DNA of 64,000 nucleotides from Glaucostegus cemiculus (GCA_976551045.1 CDPCPM010000425.1:1116001-1180000), one strand, 5' to 3'; positions 49,491-62,787 are shown, counted from the stretch's first letter. Translations and numbers: made by a program. The notes: generated by a model from the sequence alone, not told the origin.

Positions 49491-49921
49491 CGCTCCACAG
49501 CATCATTTCATCCTCTTCAGAACTCACGATATCACTCAGTTTCGTGTTATCATGTTCAGAAATAACACATTGGGAATCCTCATCTAAATCACTGAATTAG
49601 GTCAATGACCGTTAAAATCTGAAGTGGCCCACTGTCATTGACCTTACCCCTGAGAGACATTCAACAATTTCTCCTCTGTTTCCTGTACCTCAAACAATTT
49701 CCACTCCAGGACATCATGTTACAGCCATCCCCAGACCATTTCATTTTGCTCCACCGCCCCCGATGCGGTACTTTTATGGCCCTCCCGAAAATTGAAGCAG
49801 CAGCACTGCATCTGCAGTGCGAGAGTAGAATATCTTGGTAAACAACAGTGCAGAAATACCAGGTAAGGAAGTGGATCATGTCAGTTTTATTGCATATATC
49901 GACAGATACCATATACCTCTG

Positions 49922-50210
49922 TGTAGCGAGGTGCTACTCACCGAGCTAGGAATTAGTCTCACCCGAAGGTTTGTATTACAAAACGATTTATTTTGTATCC
50001 CCCGCGCTGGCCCTTTAAAGCCAGTTACAAGTCCCGCCCCCTCTGGGCGGAAGTGACATCAAAGAACGTCACTGATTGGCTCTCACGCGCGGGCTTTTTT
50101 CTCTTTTTTAACAGAGTGGGATGGCCGGCGCCATCTTGCTGCTGGCCTGTTTGTTGAACTAGGCCCTGTCCATGGAGCCGGTTCGTCTCTCTTGCAGGTA
50201 AGTTGCTACA
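49922..50210 (-). repeat. 3' LTR of the Gypsy element
   Basis: TGTAGC...GCTACA; about 9 differences from 54009-54297 by eye. Confidence 0.97.
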
Positions 50211-53200
50211 TGACCCCCCCCCCCCCCAGAACCGGCGATACTGCTCCCAAATTCCGCAGTTTGGGGCAGTCGCTGTTTGGGTGGTCTACCTCTGCGTCGT
50301 GGAGCCTGGGTCTCGACCGTCTGTGATAAGTCCACATGGGCCGGTTTCAGCCGGTCCACTGTGAAAAACTCCTTCCCCCCAATGTCTAGCACGTATGTGG
50401 ACCCGTTGTTCCTCAGAACTTTAAACGGTCCCTCATACGGCCGCTGCAGGGCTGTCTGGTGCGCTCCACTCCGAACAAAAACAAACTTACAGTTATGCAG
50501 CTCTTTGGGAACGTAGGTCATGGTCTGTCCGTGTCGTGAAGTCGGTACAGGGGTCAGGTTGCCGAGCGTCTCGCGTAGTCTGTCCAGGACTGCTGCTGGC
50601 TCTGCTTCCTGCCCTCTTGTGGCTGGTATGAATTCCCCTGGGACGACCAGGGGTGCTCCATATACAAGCTCGGCCGACGAGACGTGCAGATCCTCTTTGG
50701 GTGCCGTGCGGATCCAAGCAGGACCCAGGGGAGCTCGTCCACCTAGTTGGGCCCTGGCAGGCGGGCCATGAGGGCGGCCTTCAAGTGGCGATGGAACCGT
50801 TCCACCATCCCATTCGACTCTGGGTGGTAGGCGGTTGTGTGGTGCAGACTTGCTCCCAACAGGCTGGCTATGGCTGACCACAGGCTGGAGGTGAACTGAG
50901 CACCCCTGTCGGACGTGATGTGGGATGGTACCCCGAAGCGTGCTATCCAGGTTGCGATCAGCGCTCGGGCGCAGGACTCGGCGGTGGCGTCAGTGAGAGG
51001 GACCGCCTCTGGCCATCGTGTGAATCTGTCGACCATGGTTAGGAGGTACCTTGCTCCTCTCGACACGGGCAGGGGCCCCACAACATCCACGTGAATGTGG
51101 TCGAACCTCCGGTGGGTGGGCTCAAACTGCTGCGGCGGTGCTTTGGTGTTCCTCTGCACCTTGGCTGTTTGGCACTGCATGCAGGTTCTTGCCCACTCAC
51201 TGACCTGTCTGCGGAGCCCATGCCAGACAAATCTGCTGGAGACCATCCTGACGGTTGTCCTGATGGATGGGTGTGCGAGGCCGTGTATGGAATCAAAATC
51301 TCGCCTCCGCCAGGCTTCCGGGACGATGGGGCGAGGCTGGCCTGTAGCTATGTCACAGAGGATAGTTCTCCCGCCTGGGCCTACCAGGAACTCTTGCAGA
51401 TGCAAACCTGAGACTGCAGTCCTGTAGCTGGGTAACTCATTATCTGCTTGCTGTGCCTTCGCTAGTGCTGTATAGTCTACTCCTTGAGATAGGGCCTGGA
51501 TGGCTGGCCTGGATAGCGCGTCTGCCACCACATTGTCCTTCCCTGAGGCATGCCGAATGTCTGTCGTGTACTCGATGTAGGACAGGTGTCGCTGCTGACG
51601 GGCCGACCAGGGATCGGACGCCTTCGTGAACGCGAAGGTCAATGGTTTATGGTCCGTGAATGCAGTGAATGCCCTCCAAAAAGTACCTGAAGTGCCGGAT
51701 TGCCAGGTAGAGTGCCAACAGCTCCGGGTAGAAAGCACTATACTTGAGTTCGGGCTGACGCAGGTGCTTGCTGAAGAACGCCAGAGGTTGCCAGCGCCCT
51801 TCGATGAGTTGTTCCAGCACCCCACCAACTGCTGTATTGGATGCATCCACTGTGAGGGCGGTTGGAACATCCGTCCTGGGGTGTACTAGCATCGTGGCGT
51901 TTGCCAAGGCTTCTTTGGCCTTGATGAAAGCAGCCGTGGCTTCTTCATTCCATGTAATGTCCGTGCCCTTACCCGACATCAGGGTGAACAAAGGGCGCAT
52001 GACCTGCGCTGCCGAGGGAAGGAAACGGCGGTAGAAGTTGATCATGCCAACGAATTCCTGCAAGCCCCTGACTGTGGTCGGGCGGGCGAAGTGGCGGACC
52101 GCGTCCACCTTGGCGGGTAGGGGGGTTGCCCCGTCCTTGGTGATTCTGTGGCCCAGGTAATCGATGGTGTCGAGCCCGAACTGGCATTTGGCCGGGTTAA
52201 TGGTGAGGCCAAAGTCATTCAAGCGGGAGTAGAGTAGGCGTAGGTGGGAGAGGTGCTCCTGGTGATTACGGCTGGCAATGAGGATGTCATCTAAGTAGAT
52301 GAACGCGATGTCTCGGTCTCGTCCAACGGCATCCATCAGCCTCTGGAACGTTTGTGCGGCGTTTTCCAGGCCGAAAGGCATCCGGAGGAACTCAAACAAG
52401 CCGAATGGTGTGATGAGTGCTGTCTTGGGGATGTCTTCGGGGTGTACTGGGATTTGATGGTATCCCCGGACGAGATCTATTTTGGAAAAGATGTTCGCCC
52501 CATGCAGGTTTGCTGCAAAGTCCTGAATGTGAGGGACAGGATAGCGATCGGGTGTTGTAACTTCGTTCAGCCTACGGTAGTCGCCACATGGTCTCCAGCC
52601 TCCGGCTGCTTTGGGCACCATGTGGAGGGGGGAAGCCCATGGGCTGTCAGACCTGCGTACAATCCCTAATTCTTCCATCTGCTTAAACTCTTCCTTAGCT
52701 AGACGGAGCTTGTCCGGGGGAAGCCGGCGTGCGCGGGCATGCATGGGTGGTCCCTTGGTCGGGATGTGGTGCTGCACTCCATGTTTGGGTATGGCTGTCG
52801 TGAATTGCGGTGTTAGGATTGATGGGAAATCTGCCAGAATTCTGGTGAACTCGGTTATCTGACAGCGTGGCGGAGTCCAGATGTGGGGCCAGTAACTTGG
52901 CTTCGCCTCAGGGGAATGTTTGAAAAGTCTTGGCATGCACTAGTCTTTTCCCGCGCAAGTCTACCAGTAGACTATGGGTCCGTAAGAAATCTGCTCCCAG
53001 GAGTGGCTGAGCCACGGCGGCCAATGTGAAGTCCCACTTGAAACGGCTGGGGCCGAACTGCAGCTGTACCGTGCGTGTACCAAAGGTTCGTATTGTGCTG
53101 CCGTTCGCGGCCTTAAGGGTGGGTCCTGGCTGCCTGTTGCGGGTGTCACGCCCCGTCGGGGGTAAGACGCTGATTTCGGCACCGGTGTCTACCAGGAAGC

Positions 53201-53291
53201 GACGTCCTGATCGTCTGTCCCAGACAAACAAAAGGCTGTCTTGATGGCCAGCCGCCGTAGCCATTAGCGGCGGCTGGCCGCGGCGTTTCCC
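50159..53291 (-). pseudogene. pol: Gypsy pol (protease DTGA, RT YLDD, RNase H, integrase HHCC and DDE), three frameshifts
   Basis: ORFs 52908-53357 (FLVDTGAEIS), 51647-52936 ([25 protein letters not shown]), 50743-51870 (HGLAHP..CMQC, HVDVVGP, SDRGAQF, MVERFH) and 50159-50881 (PYEGPF..VDRLKP). Confidence 0.95.
53246..53291 (-). promoter_or_regulatory. -1 programmed ribosomal frameshift signal (G GGA AAC plus 12-bp hairpin)
   Basis: Heptamer at 53285-53291 in the gag frame, 5-nt spacer, then GGCCAGCCGCCG-N10-CGGCGGCTGGCC; pol is in the -1 frame. Confidence 0.85.
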
Positions 53292-53968
53292 GGAAACCCA
53301 CAGGGCGGGCGACACCAGCGGGCTTCTGCACCCCACCTCTGGTGCTAGAAACACCACTGGCCATGGGATCCCTCATCTGGGCTTGTGGGCTGCATGAGCT
53401 TCGTTGCAGGGCTCTTTCTGGTCTGCCGCCCGGACTGTGGCCTGCTGACCTGCACAACGGATGCCTCGCTCTCTCTCTTGGCCTTCCAGAGTACGTCTGT
53501 CCGGGCCGCAACCTTCCTGGGATCGCTGAAATCTGCGTCAGCGAGCAGAAGATGTATGTCCTCAGGCATTTGTTCTGAAAAGGCCTGCTCGAACATGAGG
53601 CAGGGCGTGTGTCCTTCTGCCAGATCGAGCATTTCATTCATCAGTGCAGACGGTGGTCTATCTCCCAAACCACCCAGGTGCAGCAAGCGGGCCCCTCGCT
53701 CCCGCCTTGAGAGGCCGAAGGTGCTAATGAGCAGTGCTTTGAATGCTACGTACTTGCCTTCCTCTGGGGGTGACTGAATGAAGTCCGCGACCTGGGCGGC
53801 CGTCTCTTGGTCAAGAGAGCTCACCACATAGTAGTAGCGGGTGGAGTCAGCAGATATCTGCCTGAGCTGGAACTGGGCCTCTGCCTGCTCAAACCACAGC
53901 CAGGGCTGCTGTGTCCAAAAAGGTGGCAGTTTAATGGAAACTGCATGAAGGCCTGAAGGGTCGTTCAT
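53265..53968 (-). pseudogene. gag: Gypsy gag with a CHCC-type zinc knuckle broken by a TAG
   Basis: MNDPSGLHAVSIKLPPFW..WFEQAEAQF..LGDRPPSALMNEM; knuckle CF*HQRWGAEARWCRPPC (probably TAC to TAG at ~53345). Confidence 0.9.
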
Positions 53969-54008
53969 CTTTGGTCCAAATCCCGTTTGGAATGTCGGGG
54001 TCACAAAA

Positions 54009-54297
54009 TGTAGCGAGGTGCTACTCACCGAGCTAGGAATTCGTCTCAGCCGAAGGTTTGTATTACGAAACGATTTATTTTGTATCTCCCGCGCTGGCCC
54101 TTTAAAGCCAGATACAAGTCCCGCCCCCTCTGGGCGGAAGTGACATCAAAGAACGTCACTGATTGGCTCTCACGCGCGGGCTTTTTTCTCTTTTTTAACA
54201 GAGTGGGATGGCCGGCGCCATCTTGCTGCTGGCCTGTTTGTTGAAGCAGGCCCTGTCCATGGAGCCTGTTCGTCTCTCCTGCAGGTAAGTTGCTACA
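54009..54297 (-). repeat. 5' LTR of the Gypsy element
   Basis: Near-identical to 49922-50210; followed on the minus strand by the PBS. Confidence 0.97.
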
Positions 54298-55034
54298 TCT
54301 GACAATTTTTTCATGTGTCTATTAATTCCCTTCGCGTTTGTTTAATAACTGTAACCTCTTGCACAAAACGCCCCGACGAATAGGAACAGCCGCCCATAAC
54401 CTACTTTGACCAGGATGCTGATCACTGTTTCTGATCCTTCCAAATATTTTTCGCTTTTTGGAAATAGCTGTCCCAGGTTCGCTGTTTATTCCTTCCAACA
54501 GGAGCACCTGACCCAGGAACCATACTCTGGAGGCTTTGCTGGACGCCCACAGATGTCTTGTCACATTCAATAACTTGTGGACATCTGCACGAAGCGACCT
54601 CTACTTCTGCACCCCTTTCAGAAAAGTATCATCCATTCTACCTTGTCTATCCTCACTCTCTCAACAAAAACGCAAAACATCGTATTTCTCCACATTAAAT
54701 CTCACCTTCCATGAGAATTCCCATTACCCTAACCGCTTTACATCTGCTGCAATGTATCGATATCTTCATGGCGATTCAACACACGACGAGCCTGGAGTCA
54801 ACGGCAATTTTACAGATTGTGGCTTGCACCTCTGCTTATACGTCATTAATGCATTAAAAATACCAGAGTCCACAACGCCGATCCAAAGCGAGCACCATTA
54901 TTCCCCTTTCTGCCAACAATGAAGACCTGTTCCTGAGTCATGCCTGCACCAACCCAAGTCTATCCAATCTCTCCTAATAGTACCTGCTCTCGAATCCAGG
55001 GTATCCTCCTCTACATGCTCTCCAGAGCATCGAC

Positions 55035-56170
55035 AACGTTCCACAGCATCATTGCATCCTTTATAGAACTCACGATATTACTCATTTTCGTGTTATTATA
55101 TTCCAGAATAAAACATTCTGAATCTTCATCAAAATCACTAAGTAGACAGTGACTGTAAACATCTGGAGTCGTCACACTGAACACTGAAGCGGTTCACTGT
55201 CAATGACATTCCCCCTGAGAACGACTCAACTATTCCTCCGCGGTGGCCTGTCACTCAAACAATTCCCACTCCAGGCCATCATGTTGCAGCCAACCCTCAT
55301 CCCAAGCCATTTAATTTTCTACCTCCTCCTCTGATCCGGTACTTTTTATAGAGCTCCTGAAAACTGATGTACGCAGCAATGCGTCTAAAATGCGAGACTA
55401 GAGTATCTTGGTAAAAACACAATATAGAAACACCAGGTAACGGAGTGGGTCTTGGCAGTTTCATTGGTTATATCTGCAGACACATCTGATATTGTTTTCT
55501 TTTCCTTACGTCACTATTAATTTCCTTCATATTTGTTTCATATCTGTAACCTCTTGCGAAAGATTCCCCTACCAATGGGAACAGCCATCATTAACCTCAT
55601 TTAACCGAGCCACTCATCCAAATATTTTCGCTTTTCGAAAGAAACCTTCCCAGGTTCACTGCTCTTTCCTTCCATTTGTATCGCCTGACCCAGGAAGCAG
55701 TCTCTTGCGCCTCCGCTGGACCCCCGCAGGAGCCTTCTCATCCTCCTGTAAATTGGCGACCAGAACTGAAGACAATTATCCAGTTAAGCCACAATCTGTA
55801 CTTTATCAAATATCAACAATCCTCTCTTTTTCGAAATCCCCCGCTCGAACTATGCCCAGAAAGTCTTTGTGCTGTTTACTCGCTTTCTCCTATAGCCTTG
55901 TCATGGTCAGTGACTTCTGAACATATACACTTAGCGGCCTCTACTACTACATCCCTTTCAGAAGACTATCATGTATTTTGTCTTGTTCCTCCTCACTCTC
56001 CCAATAAAAATGCAACACCTCGTATTTCTCGCATTAAATCTCACCTTCCGTGATACGTCCAATTACAAGAACCAATTTACATCTGCTGTAATGTATCGCG
56101 ATCCTCTTGGCAATTCAACACATGCCGAGCCTTGAGCCAACGACGCATTTACAGATTGTGGCTTGCACCT
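55035..56170 (+). repeat. Second copy of a ~1.2-kb tandem duplication of decayed LINE-like sequence (first copy 49491-49921 joined to 54298-55035)
   Basis: CCACAGCATCATT.CATCCT...AGAACTCACGATAT and TTAAATCTCACCTTCC...TTTACAGATTGTGGCTTGCACCTCT each occur twice. Confidence 0.8.
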
Positions 56171-57495
56171 CTACTTGTATTCCAAGATTTCTTCTGGGAC
56201 AAAAGTGAGCTGTACAAGAGTGATGGGTTTCTCCTGAACTGGAGGAGAACCAATATCCCAGCTGACAGCGCTACAAGGCAGAGTTAAAACAAGATTGGCG
56301 GGGGATGGTGGCCTGTGGGAGGGTTATGGGATCCAAAACTGAGTGAGACAAATGGGAGGCTGGAAGTTGAAACAGAATTGAATAACAGTAAGATCAGAAG
56401 ACAGGGCTGGCAGCATCACCGTGCGAGGAAAGACTGTTGGAGTAAATAATGTAAGAGGCCTGATAGAATGGCGGATCAACTCAGGGCACATCGCCACAAT
56501 GGAATGAGATATTATTGCCATTGCTAATGGAGAGAAAGGACTTGCCATTAAATGTTCCAACGTACGAGTGGTATAGGCCAGATTTAGAGGTGGAGGAAAT
56601 GGGAAGAGAAGTTGAATCTTGAAAGAAGGAGATCATCACAGCGGTAGTCCGAGATGAAATTGCCGTGGGATCGGCCAGTGAGGTTTATGTGTTGTGTCGA
56701 GAAACAAAAAGGAGATGATCACCTGGGATTGCACTAAGAGCAGAGGATTGCAGAAAGTTGCAAGAATAAGAGGGTTGTCATCGTAATAGGTTTAAAGTTT
56801 TATCATAGAGTCTGGGACCGTCATAGAACTAAGGGCATAAATGCAGTGAAATCTGTGTGTTCAGGGAAGTTTTCTCAAGCAAGATATTGAAGACCCTACC
56901 AGGGAGGAGCAGAGCTTGACGCACCCTTGGGAAATGGCGCAGGATAAGTGACTAAAGTGTCAGCAGGGCAGCACTTCGGGACCAGTGACCATATTTCTAT
57001 TAGTTTTACACTAGTTATGGAAATGGACAGATCTGATCCACCAGCTGAAGTTCTCAATTAGGGCAATGCAGGTCTTGTCGGTATCAGAGCGGAGATTGCC
57101 AGAATTTATTCTGGTGCTTTGTTTGCAGGCAACATGACATCTGGCAGATGGGAGGCTTTTAATAGTGAGATATCGAAATTTCAAGAGCGGCATGTTGAAG
57201 GTGGAGCGAAGGTCAAGGCTTGCAGAGCTACGGAACCCTGATTGACGAGGGATATTGAGGTCTTGGCTTAGAAAATACGTTGGTATGTCTCCGGTACAGG
57301 CAGCAGGAATGGAATGAATCCCGGGAGTATTATAGAGCTGCAGGTGCGTACTCATGAAGGAAATCAGAAGTGCAAAAGGGGGCATGAGACAGCGTTAGCA
57401 GAGTCGATTAAGGAGACTCTAAAGACATATCATATGTCTATCAAGGGACAAGAGAAATTGGATCGAAAATAGGGCCCCTCAAAAACCAAAATGGA

Positions 57496-57562
<67 letters not shown>

Positions 57563-57689
57563 GCACACACAGATAATCAGAGAGTGATGGGGCAAGGATG
57601 ATTTCAGTGTTGTTCCCCAAGGCTCGCTGTTAGGCACGGTGCTATTTGTCATCGAAATCAATGATTTGGATGAGAATGAACAAGGCATG

Positions 57690-58271
57690 TGTTGTGAGTG
57701 AGAAAACAACTTAGATGTATCTGAAAAGCAAGGACTCTGAACACAGTCTGGCACTAAAGGTGTCATAATTCTGAGTGCTGGCCCTTGATTTGGTTCCTTG
57801 GATGCCTCGTTGTTCAGCACATGGATTCCATCCTGTACTATTTGCATTATGACACTCAACTGAGCCCCATCAGGGGCCTAGCATAAGTACTTGGGTTTCT
57901 CGAGCACTAGTTGCCAGAGGATGGATCAACATTGAAGATTCAGTTTGGTTCCTAGCTGCTTAGAGTGGTCTACTCCAGAGCAGTCCTGTCTTCTCTAGTC
58001 CTGCTTGAAGATTCAGTCTGTGTTGGGATTACTACTCAGATCTCTGAGGCAAGATATCCTTCCAGTGTTGCCTGTGTTCGGTCCTGAGGAAGTATCCTGA
58101 CTCCAGTCTAGTACCAGTGTGCCGTATTTGGGTTTTCCGAGATCTTGCTCTTCAATCAACATTGTGACATAAGGCTATTATTTGCAAAGCACAAGCGTTG
58201 AAAATGGTAACGGAAATAACTGACACACACGCGGTCAGATTATAGCGAGCGTGGGAAAATCGCAGCTGGGT

Positions 58272-58320
<49 letters not shown>

Positions 58321-58723
58321 CCAACTAGGTACATGCAATCAATCAAAAACATTAAGAATCCCGCAACCACTTGTTTCAGTGCAGGCACGGCTCTAAGCTA
58401 CTTAGGACACTAACAGAAAACGCTCCCACCCCTTAAACAGTGCACACTGCACCAACGATTTCTCCAGCGCCGTTCCACGGTACTAGACCTGGAGTGAAAC
58501 AGGGTGATCCCTCGAAAATAATAAGAGAGAAAGCCGAGCACATGTGGCGCCCTTTATAGTACGGAGGTCTGGACAGTCCAGCCCAGGTAATTTACGAAGG
58601 CCAATGGTCAGGTGTGTGATGATGGGTGAGGCGGAAACAAACCTTGATTTGCAGTGGTGTGTCCTCCGACCAGGTAGTGGGCAGTGCCGTCACGTGATAG
58701 CCATGACCCTCCACACTACAACA
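57690..58723 (-). mobile_element. Solo ERV-type LTR inserted in CR1
   Basis: TGTTGT...ACAACA termini; minus-strand CATGGCTATCACGTGACGGC, ATTGG and TATAAA; homologous to 32320-33019. Confidence 0.75.
57761..58169. mobile_element. Second solo LTR nested inside the ERV-type LTR
   Basis: TGTCA...TGACA termini flanked by AAAGG / TAAGG (5-bp TSD, one mismatch). Confidence 0.65.
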
Positions 58724-60209
58724 TGTTTAGTCACTTTGCAGGTGACACTAAAATAAGTGGTGATAATCAGGATGTACAAAGGCATTTTGATCAGCCAGGT
58801 TAGTGCGCCGAGGAATAGCTACTGCAGCGAGTTTCATTCGTATGTGCGATATGTCGACTTTGAGGAAACAGTTGGGGGTAGGACCTGCACCGTGAACGGT
58901 GTTGTACTGGGAAGTCTTGTGGAACAGAGGGGCAAAGGAGTACAAGTGCAATGTTAATTGGAAGTGGCCTTACAGGTGGACAGGGTGGTGAATAAGACAT
59001 TTAGCATCTGGTCTTCATCAGTCAGGTCATTCAATACAAAGTCGGGATGTTATGCTGCACTTGTGCAAGATGTTGATATGGCCACATTTGGATTATTGTG
59101 TTCAATTTTGGTCATCCTACTGCAGGGATGATGTGATTAAGCTGGCAACAGGTCACGGAAGATTTACGAGAAAGTTGCCAGAACTCGAGGGACTGGGTTC
59201 TGGAGAGATTTTCAACAGGTTTGGACATCTTAATTCTAGTGTAGGAGAATGCTGGTGATTTTATGAAGGTGTATAAAATCATCAGGTGAATATATCGTCT
59301 TTTCCATAGGGTTGAGGAATCATGAACAAAGTGGCACAGGTTTAATATTGGAGGGAAGAAATTACATGGAATAAACTGCCAGATGAGGTAGTTGAGCAGG
59401 TACATTAACAACATTTTAAAGGTAATTGAGCAGGCACATTGATAGGAAAGGTTGAGAGTGATATGGGCCAAACGCGGGCAAATGGAACGAGATGAGATGG
59501 GAATTTTGGTTGGCATGGAGGAAGGGTCGGTTTCCGTGTTGTTTGACTCTATGACCAGCAGATATTCCGCTGCCATGGCCAGCAGTTTAATGTTGACAAA
59601 TATTGAGGGACCGCACCTTCCCCGTGGGAGGACCACAACCGTCACCGAGTGGAAAGAAGAAACAACTGAGGAAAAAAATTAATAAGACAGAAATGTAACC
59701 AATTCACCTTTTTTCCAGCATCCTGGAATAAAGGTACTAAAGGAACGCTCATCCAAAAATAAAATTATATGTCAGTGCTGTCAATTCCAACCAACTCCAA
59801 CGATCAACAACACCGTGCACAGGATGTCATCTTCTTCTCAGTCAAAACACAGATTTTGTTTTCAACATTCAGTTGAAATCAAAAATAAACGTGAGTCAGT
59901 CCCCGACTGTGTTCTAAAATCGAGGTATGAGTGATTGAACTGAAAGTGACAGAGACCAATAAGAGAAGCTTTATTTTTTTTTCAATTATCAACCGATCCT
60001 GTCTGCCCTGGGTAACGGAACTGTTACTAACAATGCTTGGATGCCTGACTCAATTAACACAGAGGAAAACTGCAGCTGACGTTAGCTCCGAGATCCAGAA
60101 GATACAATTGGAAAACAATTCATTAGAAAAATGACGGCAGAAGTAATTGATAAACGCTGGAATGAAGAGCGCACCTGGCGCATTATGTCGACTGGCCGAC
60201 GAGAGGGAA

Positions 60210-61285
60210 TGCCATGTCAGACCTGGTTTTAGGAAATGAACCGGGAAAGGAGAAGGATCGAATGGTGGGTGAGCATTTGGGGGACAGTGACCATTGCGCC
60301 ATAATCTCTAGAATTGCAATGGACAGGGATAAGTGCAGAGAGGACAGGAAGATATTTAATTGGGGAAAGGTGAACTATGAGGCCATAAGGAGAGAACCTG
60401 GGAGTGAAAATTGGAATGTATATTTCGCAAGGAAATGTACTAAGGAGATGTGGACGATGTTCGGGAATCTTTTGAAGGATGCTAGGGATAAATTTGTCCC
60501 GGTGAGTCAGAGAAGTAACGGCAAGGAAAAGGATCTGTGCGTGACGCGAGAGTTGGAACAACTGGTTAGGAAGAAGACGCAGCATACAAACGGTATAAGC
60601 AACAAGGCTCAGACATGGCTCGTGAGGAATATAGCGAGAAAGGAACTTCAGAAAGTGCTGAGGAGAGCTTGAAGGGGACATGTAAAGGCTTTGTCAAGTA
60701 GGGTTAAAGAAAATCCCAAGGCTTTTTTAATCCTCGTACGGGAAGGGCAGAAGGATGGCGAGGGTAAAGATAAGTCAGAGGTCAAGGAATACAGGGAAGC
60801 TTGGCCGTGTGGATTTGGCTTGCAGGGGAGATTTACCAGGATGTTGCCTGGATTAGAGAGTATGGAATATGCCGTGAGGTTTAAGGTGCTAGATTTTACC
60901 CATTGGAGAAGAGGAGGATGAGGGGAGACATGACAGATGCACATACAATATTGAGAGGAATAAATAGACAGCCAGCGCCTCTTTCCCAAGGCACCAATTC
61001 TCAAGGCACGAGAACATGGCTTTAAGGTTATGAGTGGGCAGTTCAGGGGGGATGTCAGAGGATTTTCTTTAACCAGAGAGTGGTTGGTGCATGGAAAGAG
61101 CTGCCTGGGGTGGTGGTGGTGGCAGATACTTTGGTCAGGTTCAGGAGATTTTTGGATAGGCATATGGAGCATATGGGATAGATTGAAATGTGGGAAGAAG
61201 GAGTTAGATGGTGTTAGGTCTGGTTTGAAAGACGTCACAACATGAAGGGCCCAAGGACCTGTATTGTGTTTTATTTCTCTATGTT
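60210..61285 (+). mobile_element. CR1 LINE with an internal RT deletion
   Basis: DLVLGNEPG..VGEHLGDSDH..KENPKAF joined at ~60820 to LQGRFTRMLPGL and the 3' UTR. Confidence 0.85.
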
Positions 61286-62787
61286 GTTCTGTGTAACACT
61301 GTGTCAGCTGCACAGGTCATCAACTGCTACAGCAGAGGAGGTCGGCGGTTTCGCCATCTTGGAACAAATTTGTCAAACAAATTATAAATTATTCCGATCA
61401 GTTACTTTGCTTAGTAATTTTATCTGATAACTTGCTTCGAGATCCCTCATTTTGAGTGTAGATTTTGGACTGTTTGGAAGTGCTGTCAATTTCAGTTGCA
61501 ATAAACAATCTGCTCGAGGTCAGGCAGGATTTGTGACGCGAAACAAATCGATGTCATTTTTGTCGGAACCGTGCACTAGAACCCGATACAGAGTTTTGAC
61601 CTAAAACGTCGACAATTCCATTCCCGCTCTCCCACAAGTTCTGCTCGACCCGCTGACATTCGGTCACCTGCGGTCTGTGTCTGGCAATGTCACTATTCAG
61701 TTATGCTGCTTCAATCGTGTGCACTAAATGAGAGCAGAGAAAGGTACGGGAATGGGACATTAGTTGGACAAACTTGAGGATGGAGATCTAGTCCTTCTGG
61801 CTCTGCTCAGATCCTCTCTCTGTTTATACACTGATCTTGAGTGTAACTGTCAGTTTCTGGTATTGATCACAGGCAGGAAAAGGATGTGCGGACTATTTCC
61901 TTCGGATGATGAACTGATCTGTGCTTGTATTTTCCGGCAACGGACTAATTCATAAAATCCTTCAAACACGGGAGCTGCCTGGTTATACTTCTGTCACACC
62001 GCACTTGTGTGAGCTGCATGTTGGTTCACCCTTGGCTTGTGGAAGAATAACTCTGTACATGGAGTGATATTTCTTGATTGCAAAGGGATGGAAGCGATGA
62101 GATATTTTGTTTCCCAATCCCGGACTAGACTGGGAGGTGGTTAATGAAGGACAGGAATGGGACGATTTAATTTAGTTCGGCAGTTAACAAGTATTTCCAC
62201 AGACTCATCTTCCTGCAACCGTTTCGCAAGACTGCCGTTAACTGTTCACACTCCCGGGTACACTGACATTTAACGATTAGGTTCACGAAAAAACGTCTCT
62301 GTTCTCCGTGGAACATAACAGAACTACCCAGCATGTCTGACATATCTTCTGACTATACAAGTCACGCTACCGTGTCGTCCTGAAATCGATTTACCCTTCT
62401 GTCCGCTGCAAAAAAGAAAAAGAAAAACAGTGCCACGAGGTCTGGTCGAAAAGGAAACTTTATTTGTAACAGATCTGCTAGGAGAAATCCCTTCAGCCCT
62501 CACTCAGAGGTTCTTCCTGAGGTTTCTCCCCGAGCAGCGGATAGACGGAAATTTATGCAGCTTTACTCACGCAAACCCCATACAGCAGGCGCCGCGAGTT
62601 TCGGGTGAGCTATACTGGTGTTAAAACAGCCATTGCATTCTTTGTCGTAGTATAAGCGTGTTGTAATTAAGAACTACAAACGTGGGTATCACCCCTCATT
62701 GTATAACTTGAGTTTGCACTTTAATGTTAACTGCATTTCCACCTGCTTCCACCCCGATGTTTATCCCACCCGGTATCACCGGCGTCT

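Larger units (their letters stand above)
49922..54297 (-). mobile_element. Full-length Ty3/Gypsy LTR retrotransposon (CsRn1-clade-like), disabled
   Basis: Two 289-bp TG...CA LTRs, 4-bp TSD TCTG, PBS TTGTGACCCCGAC (tRNA-Trp, one mismatch), G-tract PPT, gag-PR-RT-RH-IN order. Confidence 0.97.
56200..59555 (+). mobile_element. Degenerate CR1 LINE (endonuclease to 3' end) interrupted by nested LTRs
   Basis: EN remnants, VPQGSLLGTVLFVIEINDLDEN up to 57689, resuming at FAGDTKI after 58723; MLIWPHLDYCVQFWS; CR1 3' UTR at ~59550. Confidence 0.85.

Noticed and set aside
53345-53347. TAG in gag as a programmed read-through site
   Set aside because: It falls inside the zinc knuckle (CF*H) and a separate -1 frameshift signal exists, so a point mutation is more likely
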